Below the pieces are notes generated by a model that did not search any database, was not told where the DNA came from, and saw only the letters and a program-made list of their open reading frames with translations. Source: an uncultured Acidimicrobiia bacterium (GTDB lineage: Bacteria; Actinomycetota; Acidimicrobiia; Spongiisociales; DATADW01). Taken from it: a stretch of 64,000 bases of DNA. The DNA is taken from contig CAWGYV010000015.1 of NCBI GenBank assembly GCA_963826825.1, forward strand, positions 11,339 to 75,338, read 5' to 3'. A program made the translations under genes and the position numbers. This document shows, piece by piece, positions 59,486 to 64,000 of this stretch; positions within the stretch are counted from its first letter, which is position 1; each line of letters begins with the position of its first letter.

Positions 59486-59574
59486 AAGTTCCGCTGATGG
59501 TGCCCTCGAATCACAACTTTGGCCGCAAGTTATTGTCGGTCAACGGTCGCGCCGATTCGAAAAGGGGGCTGCGC

Positions 59575-61635
59575 ATGAACCGTACTCGTCGAGCCGTCGC
59601 CATAGTCCTCGGCTTCCTCCTGGTGGCTGGCTTGTCGCCGGCCACAGCTCTGGCGCAGCCGGAACCGCTCACCAATCTCGCTCACCTCGACTTCCTCGGC
59701 GACCGGGTTGTACCCCCGGAACAGGAAGGTCACACCACATATCAGCTGGAAGACAGATCCGTCGATCGGTGTGCTCTGGACATACGCCGAGCCGGGCCCG
59801 GATGGCGAGTACCGCCGGCTCGGAGGTGGGGTCTACGACCCCGAGACCGACACCTACGGCCAGGGCGCCTACAACGCTGACGACATCTCCCGCGCCGCGG
59901 TGGTGTACCTCCGGCATTGGACTGCAGTTCGGCGACGTCCACAGCCGTGACCAGGCCTACCAGCTGCTCCGCGGGCTCACCTATCTGCAGACGGTGAGCG
60001 GAGAGAACCAGGGCAACGTTGTGCTCTGGATGCAGCCCGACGGCACGCTAAACCCGAGCGCCGACCCTCCGGAGCTTCCCGACCCCTCCGACTCGGGAGC
60101 CTCGTACTGGCTGGCGCGCACCATCTGGGCCCTGGGCGAGGGCTACCGGGCCTTCCGGAACGAGGACCCCGAGTTTGCCCTCTTCTTGCGGGTTCGGCTC
60201 GAGCTCGCCATCGAAGCGGTCGACCGTCAGGTGCTCACCCCGAATTACGGCGAGATGCAGACGGTCGACGGGTTGCAGTGGCCCTCATGGCTGATCGTCG
60301 ACGGTGCCGACGCCTCATCCGAGGCGATATACGGCCTCGCCGCCTATCAGCAAGCGGGTGGCAGTCCCGCGGGACTTCTCGCCTTGCAGCAACTCGGGAA
60401 CGGGGTTGCCCTGATGCAACTCGGCTCAGTGGGGCGATGGCCGTATCGGGCGATCATGCCCTGGGCCCAGTCGCGATCGGTGTGGCACGCCTGGGGAGAC
60501 CAGATGTCAGGAGCGTTGGCCACCGCCGGCACCACCCTCGAGAACTCCAGGTGGGTCAGCGTTGCGCAGCGGGAGGTGGGCAGCTTCACGCCCCACCTCC
60601 TCATCCAAGATGGCCCGCAGAACGGCTGGCTGCCGGCGCCGGCCGACCGCACCCAGATCGCCTACGGCGCCGATGCCACTCTGCAGAACCTGGTCCGCAC
60701 CGGCCAGGCGAGCGGACGGAGTGGGTTCTACGACTCGGCCGGGATCGCCGCCGCCTGGTACTTCGGGAACAACCCGGCGGGCGAGCCGATGTACGACCCC
60801 GAGACCGGCCGCACCTACGACGGCATCAACCCCGACGGGGTGATCAACCGCAACTCGGGCGCCGAGTCGACCATCCATGGTCTGCTCTCCATGCTGCTGC
60901 TCGACGAATATCCCGATATCGCCGCCCGCGCCATGGTCGCCGGGCGGAAGCGACCAAGTCACCTGGGAGATGGTCGAGGCCGAGGCAGGGGAACTGACCG
61001 GAGCCGCCGAGGTGGTGACGCCCCCATCCGCCTGGACCGGGGAGAGCCTGTGGTCGGGCGGAGCCTACGTCTCGCTCGCCTCCGGCGGGTCGGTCGACGT
61101 GGCGGTCGATCTCGAGACCCGCGATCGGTACTGGATCTTCGGGGTCTCCGAGCGCCAGCAGATCCCGCTCCGTGCCGTGGAGATCGCCTACGAACTTGAC
61201 GGCGTCGCTGCCGGGCGTCAGCCACAGGGCGGTGCCGGTCCTCAGGGCATCACCCCTACTCCCGGATACCTGGGGGTCGGACAGTCTCGCACCCGGACCA
61301 TCGTGGACCCGGGGTCCGGTGTGGTTAGCGCCGCCTTTTCCGGGAATCGTGGTGAGGCGCGGTTGGATGCGGTGCTTCTCCAGCCTGAGATCGAGTGGCT
61401 GGTTCTCGCTGGGGACGGCGGGCACCAGGGAGTCCTGCGTAGCTTCAGCGACCGACTTCGTCACCAACGATTGGACATGGGAGATGGCGGCCGACCCGAA
61501 GCACGCGCCTACAACGATCTGGGCGTCCTGGTGCGCACCGTCCGTGGTCGTGCCGGCGTCGTGATCAGCCCCGGTCTTTCCCGGGGGCTTCACGGTGGTC
61601 ACCTCCGGGTCCTGACCGGGTCGCAGCGCCGATGA
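59575..61635 (+). pseudogene. large secreted protein of unknown function, at least 3 frameshifts
   Basis: ATG at 59575 follows AAAGGGGG and gives the signal peptide MNRTRRAVAIVLGFLLVAGLSPATALA. The sequence continues through the frames of ORFs 59467..59880, 59708..59950, 58464..61199 (from about 59915) and 60877..61635. Shifts lie near 59755, 59915 and 60945. The 3' end is uncertain. Confidence 0.6.
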
Positions 61636-61700
61636 TTTTGTTCGGTCGCGGCCGTCTGATCGGATGACGTGAGATTCGATCCCCGCAACGGAGGAGAACC

Positions 61701-62328
61701 ATGAGGAAGATCAAGGCGGGGCTGTTCATCTCGCTCGATGGGGTGGTGGAAGCACCTGACCAGTGGCACTTCCCCTATTACAACGACGAGATGGGAAGCG
61801 CCGTGGACGCCACGCTCGGCAAAGGCGACACGATGTTGTTCGGGCGCAAGACCTACGACAGCTTCGCTGGGGCGTGGCCCGAGCGGGAGGCCGCCGGCGA
61901 GGAGGACGCCCACTTCGCCAAGGTGCTCGGAGACATCCGCAAGATCGTGGCATCGAACCAGAAACTCGAGTTCACCTGGCGGAACTCGGAGCAGCTCGAG
62001 GGCGACCTCGTCGAGTTCGTCACCGCCCTCAAGAACGAACCGGGTGGCGACATCACGATGAGCGGCTCGGTCTCGGTGGTCCGCCAACTGCTCGCCGCCG
62101 GTCTCCTCGACGAGCTTCACCTGCTTGGTTCATCCGATCGCGGTTCGCAAGGGCATGAGGCTGTTCGAAGAGGGCGAGACTCCGATCCCGCTGAAGCTGA
62201 TCTCGTCCGAGGCGTTCGGGACCGGCGTGCTCAACCTCGTCTACGCACCCGACGAATCGCCGCCGGAGGGCACATACGAGGATGCCAAGACCCAGCTTCC
62301 CCAGGTCGAGGAGTCGGAGCATTCGTGA
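61701..62328 (+). pseudogene. dihydrofolate reductase-like (RibD C-terminal domain family) protein, 1 frameshift
   Basis: MRKIKAGLFISLDGVVEAP...MLFGRKTYDSFAGAWP...ITMSGSVSVVRQLLAAGLLDELHLL, then the frame changes near 62118 to VHPIAVRKGMRLFEEGE...LVYAP (ORF 62125..62328). Confidence 0.75.
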
Positions 62329-63197
62329 CTGTTCCCAAGACCCACACGCTCGACCTGCCGGGCGTGGTGTTGACCTACGACGTACGCGATGCCGAGGCCG
62401 AGAGCTCGGCGCCAGTCCTGTTCATGTTCGCCGCGCCAATGGGTGCCAGCGGATTCACGACGCTGGCGGGGCATTTCAGCGACCGGACAGTGGTCACCTA
62501 CGACCCCAGGGGTGCGGAGCGGAGCGAGCGCACCGAAGGTGCCGGCGAGTCCACGCCGGATGTGCACGGCGACGACCTGCACCGCATCATTTCGGAGCTC
62601 GATTCTGGGCCGATCGACATCTTTGCCAGCAGCGGTGGCGCGGTCAACGCGCTCGCTCTGGTGGCCGAACATCCCGAAGAGGTGCGGACCCTGGTTGCTC
62701 ACGAGCCACCAGCCGCCCAGGTCGTGCCGGACCGCGAAGAGGCGCTCGCTGCAACCACCGACATCCACGAGACCTACCAGAGAGACGGTTTCGGACCGGC
62801 GATGGCGAAGTTCATCGCTCTGGTGAGCATGCAGGGTCCAGTTCCAGCCGATTTCGCCGATCAGTCTCCCGATCCAGCCCAATTCGGCTTGCCCGCCGAC
62901 GACGATGGGTCGCGTGATGACGTGCTCCTCGGACAGAACATCATCACCGGCACCCACTACAACCTCGACTTCGACGCGTTGCGCGCCGCCTCGACCCGAA
63001 TCGTGCTCGCCGCCGGTGTCGAGTCAGAGGGCGAGCTTGCCCACCGGGCCGCCATCGCGATAGCGGAGCGGCTCGGGACCACCGCGGTCGCCTTCCCCAG
63101 CGATCACGCCGGCTTCCTCGGCGGCGAGTTCGGCCAAACCGGCGACCCCGACGCCTTCGCCGCCACCCTGCGTCAGGTGCTCGACGGGGCGGGATGA
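62325..63197 (+). CDS. alpha/beta hydrolase fold protein (same subfamily style as 8774..9553)
   Basis: GTG at 62325 overlaps the preceding TGA (GTGA). VLFMFAAPMGASGF...VVTYDPRGAERS...IFASSGGAVNAL...LVAHEPP. Confidence 0.8.
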   Translation: MTVPKTHTLDLPGVVLTYDVRDAEAESSAPVLFMFAAPMGASGFTTLAGHFSDRTVVTYDPRGAERSERTEGAGESTPDVHGDDLHRIISELDSGPIDIFASSGGAVNALALVAEHPEEVRTLVAHEPPAAQVVPDREEALAATTDIHETYQRDGFGPAMAKFIALVSMQGPVPADFADQSPDPAQFGLPADDDGSRDDVLLGQNIITGTHYNLDFDALRAASTRIVLAAGVESEGELAHRAAIAIAERLGTTAVAFPSDHAGFLGGEFGQTGDPDAFAATLRQVLDGAG

Positions 63198-63235
63198 CCT
63201 AGCCGAGCGGACGCAAAAAGAAGGGCGCGCCTGGT

Positions 63236-63646
63236 CTAGGAAGCTGGCGCGCCTCCCACCAGCCGGGACAACAGATCTCCCCACCACAGGCCGAGGACGG
63301 CGAAGACGACGTCGTTCGGCTCGAGCCCCTTACGGAGATGGCTGACCGTCACCCGGGTCGCCGCGGCTTCCGGCTCGAACCGGATCTCGACGGTGTCGCC
63401 CGGTTGGGCGGGCGGTCCCTCCCAGGCGAGTTCGATCCGGTCTGGCGCCTCGATCGCTGAGATCGTGGCCAGCACTTTGGCCCCATCGCTCGTCGCCTCG
63501 ACCAGTCGGTCGCCCTCGAAGCGGATGATCGCATCGGGGGTGCGGTCGCGCACCCACCAGCGATCGATACCCTCGACGAACAGGGTGTAGGCACGCTCCA
63601 CCGGCATTGGCACCAGGCATGTGACGTTGACCGCTCCCTCAACCAT
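63236..63646 (-). CDS. SRPBCC / AHSA1-like domain protein
   Basis: 136 aa. VPMPVERAYTLFVEGIDRWW... is typical of the Aha1/SRPBCC proteins that pair with ArsR regulators. It overlaps the upstream ArsR gene end by 8 nt. Confidence 0.6.
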   Translation of the reverse strand: MVEGAVNVTCLVPMPVERAYTLFVEGIDRWWVRDRTPDAIIRFEGDRLVEATSDGAKVLATISAIEAPDRIELAWEGPPAQPGDTVEIRFEPEAAATRVTVSHLRKGLEPNDVVFAVLGLWWGDLLSRLVGGAPAS

Positions 63647-63974
63647 CGGCCACCTCGGCGGCGTGCTTGGCGTACCCGGCGAGTTGTTCGCTCCAGAAGT
63701 GGGTCACTTCTTCCGACCATTCGCTGAGGCGCCGGAGAGGCTCCGGCCGGATGGTGTAGATGTGACGGCGGGTGTCTGCCGGGTCGAGGGTGACGTCGAC
63801 CAGACCGGCGAGGCGCAGTGACCGGAGGTGTCCGGTCAGCGCCGCTCGGCTCACGCCGATTCGGGTGGCGATCTCGCTCGGGGTCAACGGACCATCCGCC
63901 AGCACCTCCATGGCCTCTCGCCTTGTGGCGTCGGCCAAAGCGACGAGGGTTGCGTCGATGGCGGCGGAGGTCAT
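63639..63974 (-). CDS. ArsR/SmtB-family transcriptional regulator
   Basis: LADATRREAMEVLADGPLTPSEIATRIGVSRAALTGHLRSLRLAGLV is a winged-HTH sequence. Confidence 0.85.
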   Translation of the reverse strand: MTSAAIDATLVALADATRREAMEVLADGPLTPSEIATRIGVSRAALTGHLRSLRLAGLVDVTLDPADTRRHIYTIRPEPLRRLSEWSEEVTHFWSEQLAGYAKHAAEVADG

Positions 63975-64000
63975 GTCTCGGATGCGAAGTACCAGCGATG

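Noticed and set aside
58464-59570. First ~370 codons of the 911-aa plus-strand ORF 58464..61199
   Set aside because: This part is antisense to the sugar-binding-protein pseudogene and is junk-like. Only the part from about 59915 belongs to the secreted-protein gene, whose real start is ATG 59575 in another frame.
1-64000. A Ku gene, a LigD polymerase domain, rRNA, CRISPR-Cas, toxin-antitoxin pairs or a transposase
   Set aside because: I looked for characteristic motifs in all six-frame ORFs, such as the Ku N-terminus, DDE/HUH signatures, the integrase R..H..R..Y pattern and cas signatures. I found none. Absence is judged by eye only.

Overview
This is a high-GC, gene-dense chromosomal window of Actinomycetota type. 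The phylum call is an inference from GC content, frequent GTG/TTG starts, SLH and Tat motifs and gene content. I called about 45 protein genes and one tRNA.

Gene content in order:
- 1-7.7 kb: the distal half of a complex I operon, nuoH-I-J-K-L-M-N.
- 8.8-13.7 kb, minus strand: a four-gene operon of coiled-coil unknown, LigD (phosphoesterase plus ligase, no polymerase domain, no Ku in the window), a Rossmann-FNR fusion reductase and an alpha/beta hydrolase.
- 13.7-16.7 kb: glgB translationally coupled to a MidA/NDUFAF7-like methyltransferase.
- 16.7-23.5 kb: a small lipoprotein followed by two tandem ~1000-aa secreted S8 subtilases.
- 23.7-27.1 kb: a class III cyclase-STAND ATPase-TPR gene.
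- 27.1-28.7 kb: htpX and a PhyH-like dioxygenase.
- 28.8-33.7 kb: tRNA-Tyr followed by two decayed copies of its 3' half. These bracket a ThrE-like gene and a second, heavily frameshifted cyclase-STAND-TPR gene.
- 34.4-37.7 kb: sugar isomerase and oxidoreductase genes and an SLH-anchored CE4 deacetylase.
- 37.7-48.0 kb: an intact arabinose regulon (GH127, ABC transporter, LacI-type regulator, araD-araB-araA).
- 48.1-53.6 kb: an aldo/keto reductase, a Frc/Rbs-like ABC transporter and a secreted metzincin-like protease.
- 53.6-62.3 kb: an 8.7-kb block in which every gene is frameshifted.
- 62.3-64.0 kb: a hydrolase, an SRPBCC protein and an ArsR-type regulator.

Most notable non-genic observations:
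- A 37-nt module, (CTGCCGT)n plus a Shine-Dalgarno-containing hairpin, occurs twice inside the nuo operon.
- Three unrelated families of tandem heptanucleotide repeats lie in intergenic DNA.
- tRNA-Tyr fragments look like nested att remnants, but no integrase is present.
- Frameshifts are strongly bimodal: none in about 45 kb, and roughly one per 250-700 bp in five patches.

I saw no CRISPR array, rRNA or intact mobile-element gene. I cannot point to one clearly novel multi-gene system; the candidates are listed with caveats.
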